Assembly (NCBI GenBank): GCA_973895155.1
Contig: OZ316891.1
Coordinates: 5,923,708-5,987,707, forward strand
Length of the DNA: 64,000 nt
Source: Marsupella aquatica
Lineage: Eukaryota > Plantae > Marchantiophyta
Direction: 5' to 3'
The notes under the pieces were generated by a model. It saw nothing but the letters and a program-made list of their open reading frames with translations. It was not told the DNA's origin and ran no database searches. Below are positions 44,156-57,000 of this stretch, in pieces. A program made the translations under genes and the position numbers. Within the stretch, counting starts at the first letter, position 1. Each line of letters starts with the position of its first letter.

Positions 44156-46989
44156 AGAAGCAGAAGCAGATGATCTCAGACAGCTGTCCCTTTTCCTGCT
44201 CTCTCGCTCTATTCACACCGGTCACAGCACCAACAAGGAGTAAGCGCTAAATTAAAGATTGTACGTAAGCATTTGCCTCTCTGCTTGTGTGTGTGAGCAT
44301 TTGTGCGGGTGGTGTGGTTGGCGTGAGGTGGATTGATTCCCCTTCAGATTCCAGTTGTCGCGGAGGGAGGGGCTGCCAAATCTAGCCACAGATGATCCCA
44401 CAGAAGTCCTGATGGGAAGACCTCTCCGGAGACCCGTTCGACGAGAATTTAAGGGAAGATTCAACAGCGGGATGGATGAATCCAGTCACCAGTAAGTTGG
44501 GCTTGCAGAGTGCGCTTGCAGAGAATCAACAGATAATAATTTCCGAGCAGTTTCGCGACTGGACAGCGATGAATTCCGAGCCGCCCCTTTAAACTCAGCC
44601 GCCAAATTGGATGCTCTCACCTATTTGAGCGGCTGGGATCTTTCAATAGAAGATTCAGTGAATGGCATCAATGGGTCTCGAAGACTGCACTCGAAAGGAT
44701 TCAATTGGGGAGAGGAATGCCGGTGGGCACTGGCCAAGAAGGTCCTGAACTGCGAATCTGAAGTCCACTTGAGGGGGGACCCAATGTGGGCTGCGGACGA
44801 TTGACAGGGGAATGATGGAGGAGACTGACGAGACACCTGAGTCAAGTCAGACGGAAACCGAGGGAGGAAGAAACTAATGGCATGCACTGGCAATGCAACC
44901 CCAAAGAAATATCTATTGCCCGGTCGAGGAAGGAGTAAGGTGGAGCAATCGTTAGAGGCCGCGACGATGTGTCACTGGTCAGAAGAAGCAGTAGATGCAT
45001 GCAACAACAACCGGCAGGCCCACATCTGTCAAGTCAATTGCTCCATTCCCCCGACCCAAGAACGAAGGCCCACGGTCACAACCACCACCGAGAAAATTTC
45101 GTGCTGTTGTTGTGTTCATCGATCACAATCACCACATTCTCAATTTATACGTCTCCCAGAACGCTACGTCTCTTCTGTTTCCACTCTGCTGACTCCCCTC
45201 CCAGAAGGTCGGAGGGAGCGAGAACCGAGAACGGCTACCGGTAGAGCGTAATTATTAAACAGCCAATTTCTCTTTTTCAATTTCATCTGAGATTAGTCGC
45301 TGACATGCAACTGGGTAATCTCCCGATTGAATTCGCGAGAGCGGAGGAGAAAAGGTCGTTGGCCACTTCTGCACATGACACTGTGCATCGCCAACGTCAT
45401 TCAAATTTCAAAGGCAGACGGACGTGAATACCTGACGACCATTCTGCTCCCAATTCTGTGGGCTGGATGTCCGGGACCCGCTGCTGCCGATAACTTATTA
45501 TTATAAAAGTCGGTGAATGAATTGGAGAAGTAGGGGATCAATGGACGGAGCACAACCAAAGACGGCCCACCGAGCTCGAAGGTCTGAGGGTAAGCAACCA
45601 GGGCAGTAGCATTGCATTTGTCATTGACTAAATAAGGAAAGACCCGATGGAGGGCTTCGATCTCCCCAGCACGACCAAAGTGCAACCTCCTAAAGTGCGG
45701 CCGTCAATTTACAGCTGTTAAAAGTTGTGGGTCTATCGATAGCCGACAGCAGCAGCAGTCTCCATGCGGCCGGCGCGAGGCCCACCCAACCATGTACTTA
45801 CCCTACATACTCGGGGCGGAAAGATGGGTACTGTCGACAATCATAGCTCTCTTCGGCGCAGCGCTTCGGGCTCTGAATCACGATTGATTATGTGACAGTC
45901 CTGTAACCTTTCGCCTCCTTCGATCTGCCATCATTAGTCCTGTAGAATGGTACAATCCCTAGCTAGCTAGTAGGAATTAGGTTACACTGTCTTTCATGAT
46001 TCTGGAATCATTCCTTCAATGTTAGTATCATGAATGATGGTACAATTACATGAATCAGAGCGCTAACCTTCGATCAACCTTTCGCATGCATGTTGAGAAT
46101 CAATGATGTAGAATCCCTCGATATTTTGAATTAGGTTACAAACTATATATGAATCAACCGGTAACCTTTGGCATCGTTCAGTGTAGAAAGGTCTGCTTGG
46201 TATGACTCTGGTGGCGTCCTCCATTCCCTGATGAGGTCTTCTTGATTGTACAAGTTTCGTTTGACGGGATGTGTTGCGCTGTTTGGATTGAAATTTTCTT
46301 GAATTGTATGGCAGAATCTTCCATTGTCTTGTTGGTCTGTGGCTTAGGCTGTACGAATTGAGTAAACATGGTGCAAATACTTTAGTACCATCGATTGGAT
46401 TGGATGACATGGCAGAACCTAAGCTGACTGGTCGAGAGCCCAGGCGGACTGGGCTGTAAGAATTGAGTTTCTACTTAGTTCATGAAAGGAACGTTAGATA
46501 CCCATTAATCTCAAAATCATTCGAGTTCCTGATGGAACATGTTATCCCCGTTCATGCTGTACATGAATTTTATGTTAATTGGACATTTTACCTCGTCCAG
46601 GATGGACTCCCTCTCTGTTCCTAGGCATTAGAGAACATTTTACCAGGAGCTTGATATCGGTTTGGATCGATTGCCTTTCGATATATATGGAGGGCGTTCC
46701 TCCCAAGATAGAAAACTTTGAAGGTGTTGAGAGAAGTGAAAACCGACCGAATGCCCGACCGAATTGCGTGGCAGGGTCTTTAAGCACATCAATCAAGGGA
46801 TGACCTCACAGAATCCTTGGAATTCATCGCAATGGTCTACAATGATCAATGAGTTGCGTCAATTACAGAAGAACTTGACTTAGAGACAAACAACTGAATG
46901 ATTCCAAAGTAGAAGCGTCAACGTCAGTTGGACCCATTCAACTTTATGGTCACACAGGTTAGATTATACATTCCTCACAAAAAGTGCCT

Positions 46990-47391
46990 CCTCACCTGAA
47001 ACCTTGGAGCTGGTAACCAATTGTGCTTTGCTTTGCGGATTGAGAGAATTCCAGAAACTCAATCAGACTGATTCATTGGTGATTACTTGCACGTTGGCAG
47101 AATCTTTGATCAAGGTCTGAGATGTTACGTCACAGAACCCAGTAGGGCTATTGATCTCATAGGCTGGTGCTGTTCTAAGGCAGAAAAAAATCTCCTCGCC
47201 TGAAACCTTGGAGCTCGCTACAATTGTGCTTTGCATTGCGGATTGAGCGAAATTCCTGAAACTCAGATTCGTTGGAATTGATTAATTACACGTCGGCAGA
47301 ATCTTTGATCGAGGCCTGAAGTTACCTCACAGAACCCAGTAGGTCTGGTGATCTCGAAAGCTGCTGCTGCTGGTTCCAAGGCAGAAAAAAA
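46990..47391. repeat. Diverged tandem duplication, about 200 bp x2
   Basis: CCTGAAACCTTGGAGCT...CAATTGTGCTTTGC.TTGCGGATTGAG...GGCAGAATCTTTGATC...TCACAGAACCCAGTAGG...AAGGCAGAAAAAAA at about 46990-47190 and 47194-47391. Confidence 0.88.
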
Positions 47392-50300
47392 GCCTTCGAC
47401 CTCTGATTCATTCATGGTCAGACATGGCAAAGAAGCTGGGGTTGTTACAAGTGATGACAGGAACTGGTACCTGTATGATCGTCGTCTGCTCTGAGAACTG
47501 CTCTGGGGAAACGGTGCCATGCACCATCCACGTGCTCTGGTACTTTCATTTTCCGTACCTCACTCGTCAGGCTGGACGCCATAGACTGCGTTCATCCTGC
47601 AGCTCAGCTGCTCCTTGATCAATCCTTCCTCCCCAGTGCAGTGCTCATGCTGTCTTCTTGCCTGGTGTACTGTCTCTATTGGCACCTTCCGTTGTTGCTT
47701 TTTAGTTCGGTTGAAACCGAAAGCAGACCCCTATAACCCCGCCTATAACATAGGATAGACTATCTACTCGAGAGACCCCTATAACATAGGATAGACTATC
47801 TACTCGAGAGCCTGCACCTCTGTAGGGTAGCCACAAGAAGGAGGTCATACCCATGGACCCAATAACAACCCCGGGCCCTGGGAGATAGGGTTGAACCAAG
47901 GTCCCCAAAATGGACTAAACTCGGGCTGAGGAGAAACCAGTACTACCACCACTACACCCCCACCGAGAGACATACTCTCCACACCCCTTGCATGCATTTG
48001 TTGGGGGGGGGGGGGGGGGAGATTAGACTAATCCCCTGGCCAACTGACCAAAGCTATGTGGTTGTTCCCTGTTAGTTTTTCATTAGTTTGCTCGAATGTA
48101 AGCATGAATGGCTAGACCAGAGGTCCTAGTGGCTTTTGTAAATGGTGGACAGTACTGGAGGCTTGGAAATGTAATGGTCATGGAAGCTTGGAACCGGGTG
48201 TCTAAGTTAGAGCCCTGCGCGACTTTGGTGTGCTCTGGACACTTGGGCGCCAGGCATTTGGGCCGACGTTTTGCAGAATTCTCATTTATTACTTCCCCCT
48301 GTGTCTCACTCTTAGATGTTGCCCTCTTGCTGGTTATGGAGGCTGGGAGCCGGGAGGCTAGGTTCAATCCCTAGGCAGCTTTCATTGGTGTGCTCTAAAC
48401 CAGATTGTGAGAAAGGGAACCCATTCTGATATCTTGGGCCCCCACCTCCTTGCCTATCTGCAAAAGGGGGAAGAAAAAAAACAAGCTCAGAGCATTTTTT
48501 TCTTCTTTCAGTGTTTTGTTTATGAGAGGCAACAAGCGCAATTTATTCAGAGCCTTGACACAGCAAAACTCAGCAATTGGCATCGGAACAACCATTTACA
48601 GTAACTTACTGTCATCCTGGCATATGATTTGGGGGGTTAACTCGTAAATGTATATTATGGGATGCGACGGTCATGAGATCCTTGTCTAATTAAATACCCC
48701 ATTTTACAATAACAAATATTCCAGGAAGATTCTTTATTTTAACTCTTAATGGACTATTTAAGTTTTTAGAAAGTGTTTATTAAGGAATACTCTCAATACA
48801 TGAGCATATACCCTCTTTTTGCCTCTTACTTTTAAAAATATGACAAATGAAACTCAAATATAGCTATTTTACTAGCATGAGGTTTCTGCAGATTTCCATA
48901 GTCAACCCAAGCACATGATCATTCTTTGTGGCAAAAAGTTAGTGATGTTGAATCTGGTAGTCTATTATAACTTTGTGTCCCTAACCTTAACCTAGTAGTT
49001 AGGGTACATCAAATACATCAAGTTTTGATGTTCTTAGATCCCCAATCGAGTTGCATGGTTAAACTTTATAGTACTTGAGCATCTATTTCTCATGGAGGAG
49101 CATCTAAAACATTTATATATGATTTTATTGGAGCATCTCAAACATGATGGCTACTCAGAACATTCTGTTTGATTTGATGCAAGTCTGAAAGCGTTATGCA
49201 TGGTACAAATTGGTGGAATGTTCCCGGATAGGGAAATGGAAGGCGAGCTCTTGATTCTCCTCCTCTCCTACTCTTCTTTGGCAGTGTGTTATGAATCTGA
49301 GAGATCCTGATTCTCCTACTCTCCTTTCTCCTCAGGTACTGACAGAAACAGCGGCTCATTTGGTACACATTTGCAAGCTGGATATATATCACACTTGAAA
49401 ATTGATACACTGAAGTTGATGAGTCCTTTCATTGGATAACATAAAGAAGTCGTTTGATTGGACAACATCTCGGAGAGGGAAAACTAAGTGCCTAGACTGT
49501 CCAAGTGTCAGGGTTTCTTGCACAAAAACTTATAAAACTCTAATCAAAAAGATTGTAGACAAAAAGAGAAGAAAGTAAAGTATGGAGTATCGACCTCTGC
49601 CTTGAACCTTTAACTAGTATGATGGAATCAGAGTGTGGGTACCCCAAGGTGTATAATACACTGCCAAAAAGACACGAATACCGGACACATGGTCCCAAGG
49701 TGTAACAGAAAAGGTCATATGGACCTCTGCCTTGAACCTAACTAGTGTGACGGAATCATAGTGTGGGTAATATGGAGTGACAGAAAAAGTCACCAACATG
49801 GTAAACACTTTTTCATGGGCCAAGGACACCCCAAACTTTATGAGGATTGTTGTCAACCTAGACAACTTTGAGTACATCACCAAAGTGAATTATAAGGGTA
49901 TATGTGTGTGGGTGGGATAGGTTTTGTGGGTAGTGGATTGGAGTTCTGATTATCTGGTCGTCCACTTTGTGGCCCTGATTTAATCCTCTCTCCTTCCTGG
50001 TGCGGGTCCCTGTCAGATCCGTTGGGGCTCACCCTGGTCTGGGTTCCCTACAGATCGAAAAACTGTCACATTGGGATGGGGGGAGTCTAATTGTATTTCC
50101 TCCCAATTGCCGTTCAAGACAAAAAAAAAACCAAAAGTGAATTGTATATTCATGTGATATCCATATTGTTAGTATCTCCAATGTACATCAAATTGACAAA
50201 CATTTTGGATATTGACCTTCATTACGGACCCCACTAGAGGTCCCTTCCAAAATTTGAGACTCCGCAGTGTGCCACATCATCATGACGTGCTGCAAACAGA

Positions 50301-50564
50301 TACGGATTGGTTCATAAAATAAAATTATTTTAACATTCGTGTTTGTGGCAGGATTTTGGTAAAATTGAGGACGCCATACCGTAAACCTTGATGTAAAAAG
50401 TAATAAAAATAACCATTTTATTTACCTTGAGTAACCAACTGTTCAATTAGTAATAGACCCACCCTCTGTTTTATTTACCCTGAGTAAGCGACTGCCCACC
50501 CTCATTCTGAAATACAAGCAAATTACTCGAAATTGCGGAACATTACTCCAATCAATGACTACCT

Positions 50565-50907
50565 TGTTGAGCATAGACAACACTCGTAACTGTAAGCACA
50601 TGACACATCCAACGCGCAAGTAGTCGACACAAGAGATACGTGGTTCACCTCCTCGAGGCTACGTCCACGGGAACACACAAGAGAGCTTTACTGAACTCTA
50701 AGCTCATCGGCCATACCAAGTCTCCACAGTGTAAGTTCTTCTCATCTCTCAAGTGGCTCCATAACAATGAGCCTAAGTTCCACTTATCCAAGCAAACACC
50801 GCTTGGCATATAGTGTGCATCCTAGTTAACCTAACCACGTCTCCAACTATGGTTAGTCTAACTACGGTTACATGTCGTAACCCTAGACCTTGAGTAAATA
50901 CCTAACA
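50565..50907 (-). mobile_element. Solo LTR of the same Copia family (343 bp)
   Basis: TGTTGAGCATAGAC...TAAATACCTAACA. Long near-identical block with the full-length LTR (AGTCGACACAAGAGATACGTGGTTCACCTCCT...). Flanks TACCT/TACCC, a 4/5 TSD. Confidence 0.93.
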
Positions 50908-52592
50908 TACCCAAATCCAGAGAGCTTGTTTGTGCAGAAGACAGATGACAATACAGGAAGTTGAGACGAATCACTCAGCACCCACGAACCCAAATAAAAT
51001 TCAGCAAACAAAAGAAGGGCAGAACTGAGAAATTCTTCATCTCTCACCTGGTTTGAGTTAAATCTGTAGAGGACTGGTGCTAGATTGCCCAGGTAAAGTG
51101 CGGATTATAGATTGATGACCAGCTTCTCAATGGGCAGCCTGAGTTGGGCCGAGAGTGGTGATGAAGTTTGTGGCTGATTTGCTGTGCATTGGATGCAGCT
51201 AAGAGCTCGTCTCACTACCTGATCAAGATTGCGGCCGCACCTACAAGTAAGCAATGTCTAGACTTCCCCTCTTCATTAGTTTGTAAAGAGTCCCATTTCT
51301 GGGCGATCAAAATTCAGCATAGCTGTTGTCAGATAGCACTTCACTTGTGTGACATAATCCTGTCCCTTGCAGACTTTCTAAATGTGCAACATGGACAGCT
51401 CCAACCGCACCCATTGCTCGGTCTTCTTTTATCCATTTTTGTGGAAAGCATTTTTTCTACACAGCATTTTACTAGAAAGGTAGGCCTAAAAGTGAATGTG
51501 TTGATCATCAGACTTCACATTAGTCCCATGATGAATTCCCCGAATTTCTCTCTATTGCGCAGCCCATTTAGTTCAAGGGTTTAGTAATTATGCAACTAGG
51601 TTTCAAGCTTCTGTGTCTACTTGGAGGCTAGATCTGATTTGCTCAATTCTCGGTAGAAACACCATGACTTTGAGATCTCATGAATAAGGGTCCATGACCG
51701 GGTCAATGACTCTCGAATAAACCCTATATATTGGCTGTTGGAAGGTGATCGACAGAGTGATCGACAGACAGCTTCATATTTGCGTGATGAAATTACATGT
51801 TGAGAAACTGTATTGAGAAGTCATTTTACATCTTCCATTGTGGATGGGGTCAAATCTTATCGAGGGAAATTTATGTATGCAAGTCTTTCGGTTCTCCTGT
51901 GAAAATCAGAATATGCCTGTGCAACCGTCATGTACTGACTGGATTAATAATGTACAATTATACTCTTTTGGGGATTGTGGATTCTTTCTTCAATACTTTT
52001 GGGCTCATGGCCGTTTCTTTTTGTCAAGACAGTTCACACACCACCGATCACTCATCACAGGTTAATACCACACACGATTCAACTGGATAATGATAGCTTC
52101 TTGTCCCAATGTTTGATTAGTTTACTGAATGATTTCTGCCAACAAGTCTAGGGGCCTTCTTGGCAATTATCCATTGGAATTTTGGGTTTAAAAACAGGTG
52201 TAAGCTATAGGAATACTTTAACTAGAGGACATGGCCCTTGAGAGTCAATCGCCTACTTAAACATTCCCAATAAAACAAAAACAAAAATCCCCCCCCGGAA
52301 CAAGCTGGGCAACACACGGAATCAGACAAGTGTTCAAAGCTTATTAGACCTATGGAGTCCTTGGATGCATTGCCTACACGCAACGATAGTTTTGAAGTTT
52401 TTTTATTAGACATGATCCCAAAACTTTTTGTTGATAACTGCACAAAATAATGTGAGACCAAATTTGCCTGGAAGCTCATGATGGCTTTGATTCATCACTT
52501 GAGACCGATCCAATGAGTAATCTGTGACATTGATCTGATCTTGTTCTTCCCCATGGATCACATTTTAGAATCACTAATCAATCGAAGTCAAT

Positions 52593-52879
52593 CTCGGGGG
52601 GTTGACTATCAAAAATCTTAGGAACCACGTGCGATCCAAAATAGGTATTTTTGATAGAAATTAACTAAATTTTTAAAAAGCGTAGGAGGCAAAAGAAGGT
52701 ATTATAAACTCATGTTTATAGAATATTCTCTAATATATACTTTTTATAAAATAAAATAGGTTATTAATATTGAAAATGGAGAATATTCTTGGAATATTTT
52801 ATTTATAAAATAGGTCTATTTATATTAGGCTAGGATCGCACGTGGTACCCCAAAATGTACACTTAGTTAACCCCCCGAG
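52593..52879. mobile_element. MITE (287 bp), hAT-like by TSD length
   Basis: TIR CTCGGGGGGTTGACTA / TAGTTAACCCCCCGAG. Subterminal inverted ACCACGTGCGATCC / GGATCGCACGTGGT. AT-rich core. Perfect 8-bp TSD AAGTCAAT at 52585-52592 and 52880-52887. Confidence 0.92.
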
Positions 52880-53944
52880 AAGTCAATGGCGTAAGTGGAT
52901 ACTTCTATCAGATCAAAAGGAAGGCTTCTCGAATTTCTGGCCAACGCTTCGAATTGTTTCGGAGTTGAGAAACCCTTTTCCGCAAGTATTTTTTGTCTCT
53001 ATATTTTGTTAGTCCTTAGCTGTTGTTCTCCATCGCTCTTTGATTCTGGCAGCGGGTCCCCATCACCACCACCCGGAGCTGTCGGCAAGCAAGTTGTGGC
53101 TTTCATGATCAATGGAGACAAGGGGGTTTCTGGAGAGTAGCATTCCTGGGATACCAAGACACGCTGTACGACAGGAAGGGTCGCCATTACTTCAAAGACT
53201 GTTTAATTCGTGGCACCATTGATTTCATATTTGGAGACGGCCAATCCTACTACGAGGTGATACTTCAACTTAAGCCCCAGCTTTATGTACGTTGCTGCCA
53301 ATGAATGTGATGTCGGTGCTGGAATGATGGCTAAATTGGATTTCTAATTGTAATTTTCACAGTTGTCGTGCAGACTTGTTACTTGGATTTAGTCTCGACT
53401 TCATTTGGATCGAGAACAGCTCATAAGAGAGCAATGAAAAGTGACAGATGGGGGTCCACGAACTAATTTTGCATTATACATATATATAATGTCAATGTGA
53501 TTGTATATCTAATATCTAAGTAGGTAAACATTATTGATCGTATATAGTACATAGAGACAACATCAAACAAATGTAGAAATTTGCACTAATCTATTATACA
53601 TTAAATAAACATCAGAATGACCCAATATGATGTTTGTGATGTAGGCAAATCAGAGTGCTCTTTTCATAAGCTTCTGATTGACATCACAGGTGTACTCCCA
53701 AACTAAACGTTACGTTAAGGAAAAAATCAGAGCTAACATTTTACACCAAAAAGTACTATCTGAGCTTGTTAATGGTGGGGATTGGTTATTAGGATCAAAC
53801 GGTCCAACCCTATTTTTCTGACAAATTCTTAGGTTCTAGATTGATCTTGCCCGGTGTTGTTGGAAAGCACTTTTTTGGAGCTTTGTAATGTTATTGAAAC
53901 TCAAGACTAGGATCGATAGATTGTGATACATGACAGAAATGGGG

Positions 53945-54090
53945 AAGTTAGCTTTGAGAGTTGGTGTATCTAAATTAGTTAACAAGTTTACAGAGATTTT
54001 ATTAGCGTGGTTGTCAAAGTTAGCTTTGAAGTTGGTGTATCTAAATTAGTTGACAAGTTTACAGAGATTTTATCAGCCTGGTTGTCAAAG
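53945..54090. repeat. 72-bp tandem duplication
   Basis: AAGTTAGCTTTGA..GTTGGTGTATCTAAATTAGTT.ACAAGTTTACAGAGATTTTAT.AGC.TGGTTGTCA twice. Confidence 0.9.
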
Positions 54091-57000
54091 TGCACCAGTG
54101 GCACATTTCAGCAAAGGCAGGGGTCCATCACACCTTCATTTTCCGCAGGTGAGTGGATGGTTGGTGTCTGTTTTTGGTATGGGCAAAATTTGCCACTCTT
54201 ATCCAAGATTTGGCATATATGGGCTTTCAGGACTAGACTGAAAGTATTCTCATTGGATAGGTTTTGACTTCTGGCTAAAAAATGCAGATGCAGCAACTAT
54301 GGGACTGTTCAGTGGATTACTAGTAGCGTAGGCATCAGCTTCAAGGGGGGCTCCGCAGCAACATGCATTGATCAACCTTGTGGAGGAAGCATCAACCTTG
54401 TGGAGGAAGCTAGGAAGGTGTAGCAACTACATTACGGGTGTGAAGGGCTAGCTTTTGTTTTCTATAGTGAATAGCTCTACCAGGCTTTTCAGTTCTCCGC
54501 TCAATAGGGTGTTAGCTTTCACGGCTACTTCATAGGTTATATTTTTGTAGGCTTTTAGCTTGAGATCCCTTGGCTTGTTTTTTCTTGGGGCCCTTTCCCC
54601 TCTTTTCCTCCCCTTCTTTGCGTTGCTTTGCCTTTGGGATCTTGTCTCCTGGTTTGGCATTTATTGCCCTTTGGCATTGTGATATATATACTATAGTGAA
54701 TACATGCAACTGAATGCAGCTCTCTCCAAAAAGTACAATATTAAAACTAATTTACATAGCAATATGTAACAAAATTAGTGTTAGTAACACTAATAAGTCA
54801 TGAGTAGGACCTAAATTTTTAAGTTTCTTCACCAGAATAACCGACAATAACACCAACTGCGGCAATCACTGTAGTTGGTGTACAAATCACCTGAGCACTG
54901 AGGGAAGTGATCGCTGATTTGTAATGAGGGACGAATTTGGAGTAAAGCTAAAACATTAGGGATGTGCAACAAGTAGAAGAAAGGGAGTGTCACAAAATTG
55001 ATTGCCATTTTTCTAGAAATTTCACTTTGAAAAGGTAAGGATGGGGTAAGTAAAAGTTTGCAGACAAAACTATTTGTATGAGGCGTGCCAAGTAGACAAA
55101 GAGACAATGGAGGAGTCAGGGAGGAGTGATCTGGATTAGGTCTTATTGACTTTCACAGCTCCTCAATGGTCTTCCCATGCCCATCTCTTCCCATTTGCAA
55201 ACCCCTCCACACCCACCATGCACCCACCCTCAGGCCCGTTGCTGATTTGCACCTACCCGGCCCCTCTTTCCCATGATTCCACAACCTCCCCCCCCCCCAC
55301 ACCACACACACACACCTCTTGTCCAGTTTGTGACTCACATTCTGCCCCCTTCCCTCCCCTTACACCTTCACACATCAGGCTGGCACACAAGGGGTCGTTG
55401 AATGACAGATTGATGGGAAATTTGTTATTTGTTATTTTTATTATTAAAAAAAGAGGGGGTGGGTGGGTGGGTGGGCGATGGTGGCAGGAATTATGCAAGA
55501 TGGGGGCTGAATGTTTTGCAAGTACGAAGCCAATTTGGGCCTGTCGACCCACCGTTCAGCCCCCTCTCAATCAAATCCAATGGCAGAGAGAAATCAGCAA
55601 TATCAGAAGGGAGAGTCCTCCCCATGTCTTTTTGCCATTTGTATGTTATCAAAATAACAATATTTTGATTATTGTTTAAGTACTAGTCTATCTGATCTAG
55701 TCTAGTCTAGTGAGCTATTGAAACCCTCTAACATTTTCATGGCTCGCACTATAAAGACCGATAGCAAGTCTCCTCGAAGTTGGAGCCCCTACAGACGTCG
55801 TCTAGTATACTCTAATCTAGTCTAGTAAGCTACCGGAAGCCACTTTATAGACTCATAACAAGAAAGAAAAAAAGTGAAAAAGCGTCAAACAAAGTACAAT
55901 GGGGTCCTTGTAGCAAACTCAAAGGAAACTGGCTAATGCAAACCCAAAGCAAGGCTCCTCGAAGTTGGAACCCCTAAAACAACACTATAGAACACTATAC
56001 TACCTGATCCAAAAGTGACTGTCTAGCTGATGGCCCCAGTACCTCTCACAACCTACAGTGAGATTTATTTAATTTAGAATGTCAAAGGCTAAATAAGTCC
56101 CTACTCATAGAATACTATGGCACAAGAACAAACAAAAAGGCAAAGAATGGGTAGGCCACTTTTGGGAGAAATATCAACAAAAGCACTTTCCAAGTTCCTG
56201 GGGAACCACATATCTAATCCGTGGGGGTCCCACAAATGAACCCAAAGGTCCCACAACCTCTCTAATGGACAACAAATCCTCTTACACTCTCAAATTTGGT
56301 GATAAATTTGGTTTTAAAGGCTAAAAATGTTTATGCATAATAAGTCATTCCACAATCAGGTGCCTTCCTTTTTAAAATATGTTGGGGTTAGGTACCCTAA
56401 TATTTAAAGACATTGTTTTGTGGACTGCACTATGATGTTGTGGACGCGCCACTAGGACCCACCACCTCACTAGGAACTTGGGTATTGCTTTTTTAAGCTT
56501 CTGTCATCTGGAAATAATATTTATTATTACAGTACTTCTTTTTGTGGTTGTCGGACTGACTGGCTTTCTGTCTCTTTATTGGGTCCCTTTAGTGTCGTGT
56601 CTGCAGGTTTGGGGGTGTGATATATGTATCATCAGGGAAGAATGAGTGTGCAAGTAGACTTTTGCATTTCCCAAGTTTTAGGGTTTTTTTGTGTGCCCAT
56701 GCACTCAACATTATTATTTTTTAAGTTTCGAACGGAAACTTTAATAAGTATTAAAGAAACTTAGGGGGGACCATTCATCGCAAAAGTACAAAAGTAGGTT
56801 GTATATTCACGAGACTCTTTGAATGACAATAGAGATGATGTCAAAACTCAGCATGCATGATTGTCTTGACATACAATGCATCCCATCCACATACATTTTG
56901 TGGGGCCCTACTGTAGAGTTATAGTCTAGAGTCTTTTACTCTATAAACCTAGACCCCAATTGTAACTTTCATTAGGGAAATAGTAGTGAGATTTGAAATC

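Noticed and set aside
51050-53300. Protein-like minus-strand frames around the MITE
   Set aside because: Many stops and no identifiable domain, so a call cannot be supported.
55146-55679. 177-aa Pro/His-rich ORF
   Set aside because: Non-ATG start and C-rich/G-rich low-complexity DNA, likely repeat-derived.
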